Below, one piece after another: positions 36,252 through 43,781 of a DNA stretch of 43,781 bases. Source of the DNA: an uncultured Nitrososphaeria archaeon (GTDB taxonomy: Archaea > Thermoproteota > Nitrososphaeria_A > Caldarchaeales > JAVZCJ01); the NCBI GenBank assembly GCA_964532175.1, contig CAZHGP010000005.1, positions 1 through 43,781 of the forward strand, given 5' to 3'. Within the stretch, counting starts at the first letter, position 1. Each line of letters starts with the position of its first letter. Made by a program: the position numbers and the translations under genes. The notes beneath the pieces are model-generated. The model saw only the letters and a list, made by a program, of their open reading frames with translations. It had not been told where the DNA came from and searched no databases.

Positions 36252-36989
36252 ATGGAAATAGTATTATCGGAAAGAACAAATAGAAAAGATAAATATGAAG
36301 TTTTAAAAAATTTAATGGAAGAAATTAAAGAAAAATATTCAAAAACAGACGTTGAAATAAAAAATTTATTTTTTAATAAAAATGGATGGCTAATAATAGA
36401 TGTAAGTGAAGAGAAATTTTTTATAAATACAATAAATAAATTTACTATTTTCCCTCTTACAATTTTTAATAAGCAATTTTCAATAACTGGAAAAATAGAA
36501 GAAGTTGAAAATGATTATTTAAAAATAATTTTTCCAAATAATAAAGGAGAAACTTCTACATTAGATATTAAAATAAAAAATTTTATAAGAAAAATTGGTA
36601 TTTCTACTATGGATTTAGATAATTCTTTAAAAGGGTTACTTCATATAAAAAAATTATCACCTATTCATATTTATTTAGGAAGGGAGAAAAATATATCATA
36701 TTATCATGCAAATATAATTAATGAATGGTATAAGAAAGGGCTTAATGCAGTAAATGTGAACGATGTAACAATGAGAGAGTTAAAAAATATTATTTCTGAA
36801 AAAAATCTTGATAAAGTTATAATTAAAATTTATCCATTAACATTTTTATCGTATAGATTAGTTTTAAGGATAGGAGCAATACCAGAAGTAATAGAAAATG
36901 AGATAAAAAGAAGTTTTAAAGAAATAGGGATAGATATTGTTACATCGAGCTTTAATTGGAAAAAAGCAGCTTCGATTTTTTCTTATTAA
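36252..36989 (+). CDS. Hypothetical protein, possibly DUF2110-like
   Basis: Starts 3 bp after tfe, the usual position of DUF2110; NKNGWLIIDV and IYPLTFLSYRLVL are weakly reminiscent of that family. Confidence 0.55.
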   Translation: MEIVLSERTNRKDKYEVLKNLMEEIKEKYSKTDVEIKNLFFNKNGWLIIDVSEEKFFINTINKFTIFPLTIFNKQFSITGKIEEVENDYLKIIFPNNKGETSTLDIKIKNFIRKIGISTMDLDNSLKGLLHIKKLSPIHIYLGREKNISYYHANIINEWYKKGLNAVNVNDVTMRELKNIISEKNLDKVIIKIYPLTFLSYRLVLRIGAIPEVIENEIKRSFKEIGIDIVTSSFNWKKAASIFSY

Positions 36990-37020
36990 AAAACTGGAAT
37001 TAATAATAGATTTTTAAATT

Positions 37021-37033
37021 AAAAATTTATATA
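37021..37033 (+). promoter_or_regulatory. BRE/TATA of tRNA-Val
   Basis: AAAAA-TTTATATA ending 27 nt before the tRNA 5' end. Confidence 0.65.
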
Positions 37034-37059
37034 CTTTCTTTTAAAGCATAGAAAGGTAA

Positions 37060-37147
37060 GGGCCGGTCGTCTAGCCTGGTTGGGATAAAAATTCCCAAAA
37101 CCACCCTGACGCGGTGGGGGTCCCCGGTTCAAATCCGGGCCGGCCCA
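37060..37147 (+). tRNA. tRNA-Val(GAC) with 13-nt non-canonical intron at about 25/26 (37087-37099)
   Basis: Acceptor GGGCCGG/CCGGCCC-A; anticodon arm CCACC-CTGACGC-GGTGG; T arm CCCGG-TTCAAAT-CCGGG; BHB-like helix TGGG/CCCA with ATA and AAA bulges; spliced length 75 nt. Confidence 0.9.
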
Positions 37148-37305
37148 TATTTTTTAATGAATTAGTGATTTTTTATAAAAAAAGAAAATTGAATTAAGCT
37201 AAAAATAAAAAAATCTAGAATACATAAGAAATAATAAGATTTTTCTATTAAATAAAGAAATATTTTTTTATTGAATAGACTAATTGGAAAAACCCTCTAG
37301 ATAAC

Positions 37306-37325
37306 TTAACTAAGGCTTTAGTTAA
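37306..37325. repeat. Inverted repeat TTAACTAA-GGCT-TTAGTTAA
   Basis: Perfect 8-bp arms in the tRNA-Val/nrpR intergenic region. Confidence 0.55.
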
Positions 37326-37538
37326 ATTGATCGATGAATGTGTTTGATATATAATCTTATTTCTTCTCTTATTCTTTGGAATTATAATTAATATTTTTGA
37401 GTTACTTTAGTTTTCTTTATAAAAAATAGGAATAGGTATTACTACTATTTTAAGGTTTTTTATTGTAAAAATTTTAATTTTTTAAAAAAATCTGCGTTAA
37501 TGTTAAATATTTGAAAAAGCATTATTTTATATAGATCT

Positions 37539-38519
37539 ATGACTGAACCGTATGAGATTTCAAGAAAAGAAATTGAGATATTAAAAATATTAAGTGAATC
37601 AACAGAACCAATTGGTTCAACATTAATTCGACGAGAACTAGAGAAAAGAGGTTTTTTTCTTAGTGAAAGAACTATAAGATATCATCTTAGATCATTAGAA
37701 TTAAAAGGCTTGGTTTCAGGACATGAAAGAAGTGGAAGAACTATAACTAATAAAGGTTTAGAAGAACTAAGTAGAGCTTTAGTATCTCATAGACTTGGTT
37801 TTATTATTACTCGCTTTTTATCAATGGCTTATTCAGTTACATACGATCCAATTGTAGACTCTGGAATGGTAGTTGCTAATGTCTCAATTATAGATAAATC
37901 TTTCTATGATAAAACCATTGAAACAGTAAACTCTTTGCATAAAACTGGTTTATTATTAGCTCCATATATTAAAGTATTAGATGAAAATGAAGAATATCAA
38001 AACATAGTTGTTCCAGAAGGAAAGATTGCTCTTTTCACAGTTTGTGATTTGACTATAGATGGCGTGCTTATGCATGCTGGAATACCTTTATTCTTTAAAT
38101 ATGGTGGATTAGTTCAAATTGTAAATCATAAGCCAATACGTATTATTGAGTTAATATCATATGAGGGGACAACTATTCCTCCTCTTGAACTTTTTGTTCG
38201 AAGTAATCAAACTTCAATTGTTAAAGTGATGAAAACTGGTTCAGGCGTACTGCCTGCAGCTTTAAGAGAAATTGTTTCTGAAGCAAGAGAAAAAACACTT
38301 AGGATTCTTTCAACATTGAAAGATAGAGGATGGGGCGGTGTTTTAGCTCTAGGCGTTCCAAATGAAGCAATTCTTGGTGTTCCAGTAGCTATGGATAGAT
38401 TTGGTTTATGTATGATAGGTGGCCTTGCTCCAAGTGCAGCTCTTTTAGAAGAAGGTGTAAAAATTGAAACTTTTGCTCCTCATTGCCTAATCCCTCTTGA
38501 AGATATGAAAAGAATATAA
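37539..38519 (+). CDS. nrpR: NrpR-family nitrogen repressor (wHTH + single NRD/DUF128 domain)
   Basis: EILKILSE..PIGS...SERTIRYHL...GRTITNKG; VVANVS, TVCDLTIDGVL, ISYEGTTIPPLE, GGL. Confidence 0.88.
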   Translation: MTEPYEISRKEIEILKILSESTEPIGSTLIRRELEKRGFFLSERTIRYHLRSLELKGLVSGHERSGRTITNKGLEELSRALVSHRLGFIITRFLSMAYSVTYDPIVDSGMVVANVSIIDKSFYDKTIETVNSLHKTGLLLAPYIKVLDENEEYQNIVVPEGKIALFTVCDLTIDGVLMHAGIPLFFKYGGLVQIVNHKPIRIIELISYEGTTIPPLELFVRSNQTSIVKVMKTGSGVLPAALREIVSEAREKTLRILSTLKDRGWGGVLALGVPNEAILGVPVAMDRFGLCMIGGLAPSAALLEEGVKIETFAPHCLIPLEDMKRI

Positions 38520-38539
38520 TTATTGTATATTATGTATTT

Positions 38540-39928
38540 TTAATGTTTATTCATTAAATAATTATTTATTGATGTAGCTGCCCTTTTTCCAGCTTCTATA
38601 GCTTTTATTACAGTTGCTGCACCACTAACTACATCACCACCAGCAAAAATTCCATTAGAGGCTTCTAAAGTTTCTGGGTCAACAATTATAGTTTTTTGTT
38701 TATTTGAGATTCTAATATTTCTCGAGGTATTTGTTGCTGCTATAGTGTTTGGTATATGTTCCGTTGCTATGATAACAGTCTCAGCATTATAGAATATTCT
38801 TGAACTTTCTTCTGGGATTAGTTTAGGTTTACCAGTTCTACTGTTTACTACTTGCTTTAATCTTATAAGTTCAACTTGTTCTACCCATCTTTTTTCATTT
38901 CCGATCAATCTTATTGGCTTAATTAATGATTGAAGTTTTACACCTTCTTCTATTCCACGCCTAATATCATCTACTCTCCCTACAATTTTCCTTTGATAAA
39001 ATATGGAAACTTCTTCTGCTCCTAATCTAAGAGCACATCTAGCAGCATCCATTCCTCTAGCACCTAATACTGCAACTTTGCCTCTAACTTTAATTGGAGT
39101 TTTACTTTTATATGGAAAAGTATATGCATTCATTAAATTTATTCTAATAAGAAACTCGTTTAAAGAATAAACTCCACATAGATTTTCACCTGGAATTCCT
39201 AAAAGTTTAGGCAATCCTGCTCCTGTGCCTAGAAAAATAGCATCAAATCCTTCATCAAAAAGGTCATCTATAGTTAAAGTTTTTCCTATAATAATATTCG
39301 TCTTTATTTCAACTCCAATTTTCTTAATATACTCAATCTCTTGTCTAACAATTTTTTTTGGCAAACGAAATTCTGGTATACCATAAATTAATACTCCTCC
39401 TGCTTCATGCAATGCTTCAAAAATGACTATATGATGACCCATTTTCGCTAATTCTGTAGCTACACTTAAGCCTGCAGGACCACTACCAACGATTGCTACA
39501 CTTTTTCCAGTAAATTTAGGAATATCTGGAATTTTTATTCCTTTTTCCAGATTCCAATCAGCAATGAACCTTTCAAGAGCTCCTATATTAATTGGATCAC
39601 CTATAGTATTCTTACATCCCATAACGCATAATTTTTCTTGTGGGCACACTCTCCCACAGATTGATGGTAAACAATTCTTCTCGCGAATTTTCTCATTAGC
39701 TTCTTCATAAGCACCTTTTCTAATGAGTTTTATGAAGTTTTTTATATCTATATGAAGTGGGCACATCTCTATACATAATGGATTCTCACATTGAAGACAT
39801 CTAGATGCTTCAGCCAATGCTTGTTCTTCACTATATCCTAAAGCTACTTCACTAAAAGTTTTTAAACGTTCTTCTATAGATAATTCTGACATCGGGACTC
39901 TTTTTAATCTAATATCTAAAATTTGCAT
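38540..39928 (-). CDS. NfnB/SudA/GltD-family flavoprotein with degenerate NADP(H)-binding loop
   Basis: EASRCLQC..PLC..MCP, CGRVCPQEKLC, GSGPAG, YGIPEFRLPK, FAGGDVV; second Rossmann loop reads VLGARGMDAAR. Confidence 0.88.
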   Translation of the reverse strand: MQILDIRLKRVPMSELSIEERLKTFSEVALGYSEEQALAEASRCLQCENPLCIEMCPLHIDIKNFIKLIRKGAYEEANEKIREKNCLPSICGRVCPQEKLCVMGCKNTIGDPINIGALERFIADWNLEKGIKIPDIPKFTGKSVAIVGSGPAGLSVATELAKMGHHIVIFEALHEAGGVLIYGIPEFRLPKKIVRQEIEYIKKIGVEIKTNIIIGKTLTIDDLFDEGFDAIFLGTGAGLPKLLGIPGENLCGVYSLNEFLIRINLMNAYTFPYKSKTPIKVRGKVAVLGARGMDAARCALRLGAEEVSIFYQRKIVGRVDDIRRGIEEGVKLQSLIKPIRLIGNEKRWVEQVELIRLKQVVNSRTGKPKLIPEESSRIFYNAETVIIATEHIPNTIAATNTSRNIRISNKQKTIIVDPETLEASNGIFAGGDVVSGAATVIKAIEAGKRAATSINNYLMNKH

Positions 39929-40762
39929 TTAAATTTCCCTCATAATTTTTAGAGCAGCTTTCTCCTCTTCATCATACATATGGATTCTTGCTTTAAACTC
40001 TTCAAAATCTACAAGATGAGCATCAAAATCTGGGCCATCTATACATACAAACTTAGGTTTTCCATCAATGGTTACTCGACAGCATCCACACATACCTGTA
40101 CCATCAATCATTAAAGAGTTAAGACTAACAATTGTTTTAATCTTATAAGGTCTTGTAATATCTGAAATATTTTTCATCAATGTTGCTGCTCCCACAGCAT
40201 ATACCAAATCGAATCTTTCATTCGATTCAAGCAATTTTTTAAGAACATCACCAGCATATCCCTTAATTCCTTCAGAACCATCATCAGTAACTATGTAAAA
40301 ACTATCACTCAATTTCTCAAATTCTTCCTTGTAAATTAAGAATTTTGATGTTCGTGCACTTATAATGGTTGTTATATTATTACCAACTTCTTTTAGTTTT
40401 TTTGCTCTTTCATAAGCTGCTGCAATTGCTACTCCTCTACCAACAATGCATACTTTTCCATATAATGCTATTTCACTTGGTTTTCCTAAAGGACCTACTA
40501 AATCATGGATTACATCTCCAACTTCTAATCTTCCAAGCTCTCTTGTTGATGCCCCAACTTCTTTAAAGACCAATGTTATCGTTCCTTCTTTAGGATCCCA
40601 ATCTATGAGTGTTAAAGGGATTCTTTCACCATCCTCACTCACTCTTAAAATTACAAACTGTCCAGACTTAGTTTTCTTAGCAATCAATGGTGCTCTAACT
40701 TTTATAGTCTTAACTCCTGGAGCTATTTCTTTTTTAAAGATTATTTCATTCTCCATTTTCAT
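39929..40762 (-). CDS. NfnA/SudB-family FAD/[2Fe-2S] subunit
   Basis: GQFVILRV..GERIPLT, GPLGKP, TDDGS, MIDGTGMCGCCRV, CIDGPDF. Confidence 0.9.
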   Translation of the reverse strand: MKMENEIIFKKEIAPGVKTIKVRAPLIAKKTKSGQFVILRVSEDGERIPLTLIDWDPKEGTITLVFKEVGASTRELGRLEVGDVIHDLVGPLGKPSEIALYGKVCIVGRGVAIAAAYERAKKLKEVGNNITTIISARTSKFLIYKEEFEKLSDSFYIVTDDGSEGIKGYAGDVLKKLLESNERFDLVYAVGAATLMKNISDITRPYKIKTIVSLNSLMIDGTGMCGCCRVTIDGKPKFVCIDGPDFDAHLVDFEEFKARIHMYDEEEKAALKIMREI

Positions 40763-40773
40763 TTAGCTCCTAC

Positions 40774-41412
40774 TTATTTTCTGTAAAGACCTACTGAAAT
40801 TGCTTTAATAATTTCTTCAGGTTTTTTTCCAAAGTAAATCATATCCAAGAAAGCTTTTTTCAAATCTGTTCTCTCATTATAAAGATTAAATCTTTCTAGA
40901 GCAATATCCAGGATTTCTGATATGATAGGCATTTTTTGTTTATAAATCCTTCTTGCAATATTCCAGCATTTGCAGAAATTAGAGTAGTCCAATCCTAGAT
41001 TAAAATATTCTGCTAATATTGCATATACAATTTCTTGATTTGAAAGTTTCTTAAAAAAACGTTTCTCAAAGTATCCTTTTATCTCTTCATTTTTGCTAAT
41101 GCTATAAAGATAACTCCAATAAATGTAATTGTAGAATATATCTGTAGTTCTATCTTGAAAGTCTGGACAACTAATACCTGGGTTATGTCCTTTAGCACAG
41201 ACTATATTACCATCTATATCTCTCCTATCTTCAAAGTTTTTGCACTCGATACAGAATCTTGTCTTAGATGCTGTATTTCTTACGCCTTCAAACTTATCTT
41301 GAAAATCTGGACAACTAACGCCGGGATTATGATTTTTAGCACAGACTATATTACCATCTACTTCCATTCGGTCTTCGAAATTTTTACATTCAAGACAGAA
41401 TCTTAAAAACAA
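40774..41412 (-). CDS. Uncharacterized protein with two tandem 4-Cys repeats and a helical C-terminal domain
   Basis: RFC.ECKNFEDR...DGNIVCAK.HNPG.SCPDFQD occurs twice; lies within the operon. Confidence 0.8.
   Translation of the reverse strand: MFLRFCLECKNFEDRMEVDGNIVCAKNHNPGVSCPDFQDKFEGVRNTASKTRFCIECKNFEDRRDIDGNIVCAKGHNPGISCPDFQDRTTDIFYNYIYWSYLYSISKNEEIKGYFEKRFFKKLSNQEIVYAILAEYFNLGLDYSNFCKCWNIARRIYKQKMPIISEILDIALERFNLYNERTDLKKAFLDMIYFGKKPEEIIKAISVGLYRK
41152..41403 (-). repeat. Intragenic tandem duplication (two 108-bp units, 144-bp period)
   Basis: aa 4-39 (41403-41296) and aa 52-87 (41259-41152) are near-identical in protein and DNA. Confidence 0.9.
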
Positions 41413-41422
41413 ATCTCATCAC

Positions 41423-43030
41423 TTATGATAGCATATTTTCCAAAATATTATCTGCTCCTTCAATTAATGGTATACCAGTTACTTTTGCAGCTCTTTCAGA
41501 TAATGCTACTAGATCATGCCTATCGAGCAAATTAAGTTTCCACTTTCTTGCTCCGGCCATTAATTGTTGTAAGCCAACCTTAATTCTATCCATGTATGTG
41601 TATAATCCAATGGCTCCCCAAGGTATATCTTTAAATTTCTCATGAAAAATTGCTTTTAGATCAGGAACGCTTATGAAAAATTTTTCTGGTGAATCACCAA
41701 AGAGTTCTTCAAAGTACTTTGGCAATAACCCTTTTCCAGCTAGTTCAGCAAAATAAGTTGATTTCATTACAGCAGTTAATGGTGCTCTACCCATTAATAT
41801 AGCTTTTACGTATGGCCCATTACCAAAATTGCTCATAGCAATAGCTTTAAATATTTGTGTTTCATCTATGAAACCTCCAGCAATTACTATATCTGGTACA
41901 TACCTCCCTTTTTTATTAAGAAGTACTGCACATTTTAATACTTGAGCTTCAAGATAAACTGTTGGTGTACCCATTTCATTCATCATTGGCACAGGACTCA
42001 TTCCAGTACCACCACCAGCACCATCAAAAACTACATAATCAATTTTTGCTTCTGAAGCAACTTTCATTGTAAAAGCTACTGCTTCTGGACTATAAGCTCC
42101 AGTTTTCAAGCTCACTTTTTTAGCACCTTGTTCTCTTAACCATTCTATATCTTCAATGAAGTTTTTCTCTTTTGGCATACCAACTCGACTATGTCTCTCA
42201 AAAGTCCTAAAAACACCTTGTTTATAAGCCTCTTGAACATTTTTATCTTCTGGATCTGGTATAACGATATAGCCTCTTTTCTTTAAGAGAATTGCTTTTT
42301 CTAGATCATTTATTCTAACTTCTCCTCCAATTGCTTTTGCTCCTTGACCCCATTTTCTTTCTATAACATTTACTTCAAGTTTAGAAATTGCATAGATATC
42401 TACTCCTAGTCTTTGATCCTCAACATTTGTTTGAACTGCAATATTTCCATATTTTCCATCCCAAAATTTTCGAAATGCTTCAACTCTCCTTTTCAATTCT
42501 GGCGAATGAGTAACTTTTCCATTCTCAATCTTTGCTTCAGGATCCATTCCACAAACATTTTCTCCTATGGTAACTATTATTCCAGATAAAGCTCCACCAA
42601 TTGCTAATCCATCCCAATTTACTTTAGCTACATCTGTAGAACCATAAGCACCTATCATGACTGGTATTTTAAGAGGGATACCCCCAACATTTGTTTCTAT
42701 ATTTACATTTGGAAAAATTGCAATATCAGAATCTTCATCTATACCCATAGTGCCTAAAAGTCTAGATTGAATATTAAAATGAGACCAATCTAAACCATAA
42801 TCTTTTAAAGCTCCTGCTGTGCTATTTCCAAACATGCTAGGATCTGGATAAAGTGCTTCTCTTCCTCTGAATGCAGATAATGAAACTTGACATAGAAATG
42901 GGCATTCCTTAATACATAATGGACATAAACCGCTAGTTGGGCAAACATCCTCAACCCTAGTTTTAGTTCTGGTTGTAGACATAGAATTTAAATATGAAGA
43001 ATTCTTATGAATAGGATTAGGCATAATCAA
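41423..43030 (-). CDS. Stand-alone FMN-binding glutamate synthase domain protein (GltB2-like)
   Basis: ERKWGQGAKAIGGE, FDGAGGGTGMSP, IAGG, MGRAP; N-terminal Cys cluster CPTSGLCPLCIKECPFLC. Confidence 0.87.
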   Translation of the reverse strand: MIMPNPIHKNSSYLNSMSTTRTKTRVEDVCPTSGLCPLCIKECPFLCQVSLSAFRGREALYPDPSMFGNSTAGALKDYGLDWSHFNIQSRLLGTMGIDEDSDIAIFPNVNIETNVGGIPLKIPVMIGAYGSTDVAKVNWDGLAIGGALSGIIVTIGENVCGMDPEAKIENGKVTHSPELKRRVEAFRKFWDGKYGNIAVQTNVEDQRLGVDIYAISKLEVNVIERKWGQGAKAIGGEVRINDLEKAILLKKRGYIVIPDPEDKNVQEAYKQGVFRTFERHSRVGMPKEKNFIEDIEWLREQGAKKVSLKTGAYSPEAVAFTMKVASEAKIDYVVFDGAGGGTGMSPVPMMNEMGTPTVYLEAQVLKCAVLLNKKGRYVPDIVIAGGFIDETQIFKAIAMSNFGNGPYVKAILMGRAPLTAVMKSTYFAELAGKGLLPKYFEELFGDSPEKFFISVPDLKAIFHEKFKDIPWGAIGLYTYMDRIKVGLQQLMAGARKWKLNLLDRHDLVALSERAAKVTGIPLIEGADNILENMLS

Positions 43031-43047
43031 TCCCTCAATATGGTTGA

Positions 43048-43063
43048 CGGCTACCTATTGCCG
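43048..43063 (-). promoter_or_regulatory. Candidate NrpR operator
   Basis: Minus strand CGGCA-N6-AGCCG, a GC-rich dyad with the geometry of the methanococcal GGAA-N6-TTCC operator, at the predicted start site. Confidence 0.55.
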
Positions 43064-43082
43064 ATAAACGTAAACTTTCTTA

Positions 43083-43097
43083 CTTATAAATTTTTCG
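43083..43097 (-). promoter_or_regulatory. BRE/TATA of the glutamate synthase operon
   Basis: Minus strand CGAAAAA-TTTATAAG. Confidence 0.7.
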
Positions 43098-43200
43098 GAT
43101 TATCCTATTATGAGAATTTAATCTTTCTTTATCAATTATTTTAGAAAAATAATAAAATTATAGAACATATTTTATATTATTGTTAATTTGTAATAAAAAA

Positions 43201-43360
43201 GTGAAAAGTTTAGCTAATATTGGATTAGCGATGCAAAACATTTGTTTGAGAACTCTTGGTCTTTATTTAAGAAGTTATATAATTGGAGGATTTAATAAAG
43301 AAAAAGCAAGAAATTTTCAATAAGGAAGGAACTTGAAAAAAAATGTTTATGAAGAATGGG
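43201..43360 (+). pseudogene. Nitroreductase-family gene relic
   Basis: NIGLAMQNICLRTLGLYLRSYIIGGFNKEKAR*, then a broken VYEEWG; matches the degraded D.G.A.QN..L.A..LGL....IG.F motif. Confidence 0.6.
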
Positions 43361-43482
43361 GCTTCAATTCAAAAAGTAAGATATCTTAGCTTTGTAAAGA
43401 AATTTCATAAATTAAGCTTTAATATTTATAAGAAAAATTAATTATTATTTTTTAAATAGTTTAATTTTTTTTACTTATTTAA

Positions 43483-43781
43483 TTATAGAGTAAGGCTTTC
43501 AATATCTCTTGGATAGTTTGTAATTATTTCGCATTTCTCTTTATGAACAATTACTGTATCCAAATGCCTAAAGCCACCAATATTTTTAATATATATTCTT
43601 GGTTCAATTGTAAATACCATATTTTCTTGTAATATCAAATCCTCATCAAATCTTAAATATGGTTCTTCATGAACACCTATTCCTATTCCATGTCCTGTTC
43701 TATGAATTGCATATTTTCCATATCCATTTTTTTGAAAGATAGACCTGGCTTTAGCATCAACTTCTTTTGCTTGAATACCTG
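43483..43781 (-). CDS. M24 Xaa-Pro peptidase/creatinase-like protein, C-terminal part (partial)
   Basis: Manual translation EVDAKAR...HRTGHGIGIGVHEEPY...FTIEPRIY...GGFRHLDTVIV...LTL*. Confidence 0.85.
   Translation of the reverse strand, partial: GIQAKEVDAKARSIFQKNGYGKYAIHRTGHGIGIGVHEEPYLRFDEDLILQENMVFTIEPRIYIKNIGGFRHLDTVIVHKEKCEIITNYPRDIESLTL

Noticed and set aside
326-41406. Numerous antisense or nested track ORFs (326-643, 3752-4078, 5840-6133, 7539-7859, 10159-10356, 12039-12314, 12891-13142, 13931-14158, 15095-17866 minus set, 20632-21219, 21952-22140, 22635-22847, 24350-24751, 25871-26266, 30711-30923, 32866-33135, 40369-40766, 41155-41406)
   Set aside because: They overlap better-supported genes, have the Ile/Ser/Phe-rich composition of shadow frames, and show no family motifs.
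37060-43781. Integrated element using tRNA-Val as attachment site
   Set aside because: No integrase and no duplicated tRNA 3' end within the window.

Overview
A very AT-rich archaeal chromosome segment. TFB, TFE, Alba, RPA, NAC, aMBF1, BRE-TATA promoters and tRNAs with bulge-helix-bulge (BHB) introns point to a TACK/Thermoproteota-type host, but that assignment is inference. 1-5.2 kb is an accessory, decaying zone: an HhH protein, a Cys microprotein, a methyltransferase, a nucleotidyltransferase and intact vapBC among several pseudogene relics, partly bracketed by a degenerate ~180-bp direct repeat. 5-37 kb is mostly housekeeping: nuclease-less Hef helicase, tfb, P-type ATPase, dsrE-tusA-iscS-iscU, RadB-like ATPase, alba, rpa, nac, thrC, mbf1-hflX-tfe, and two tRNAs with related non-canonical introns. 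37.5-43 kb is a nitrogen island: nrpR converging on an operon for an FMN glutamate-synthase domain, a Cys-repeat protein and an NfnAB/SudBA-like pair. Best candidates for undescribed biology: (1) an ArsR-HTH/ATP-cone/catalytically dead class III ribonucleotide reductase fusion, possibly a nucleotide-sensing transcription factor; (2) a membrane-anchored dead HerA/VirB4-like protein with wH and HEPN-like domains, translationally coupled to a RadB-like ATPase; (3) a probably NrpR-controlled, amidotransferase-less glutamate synthase whose NfnAB-like partners have both NAD(P)-binding loops degraded. All family calls come from motif recognition by eye; no searches were run.
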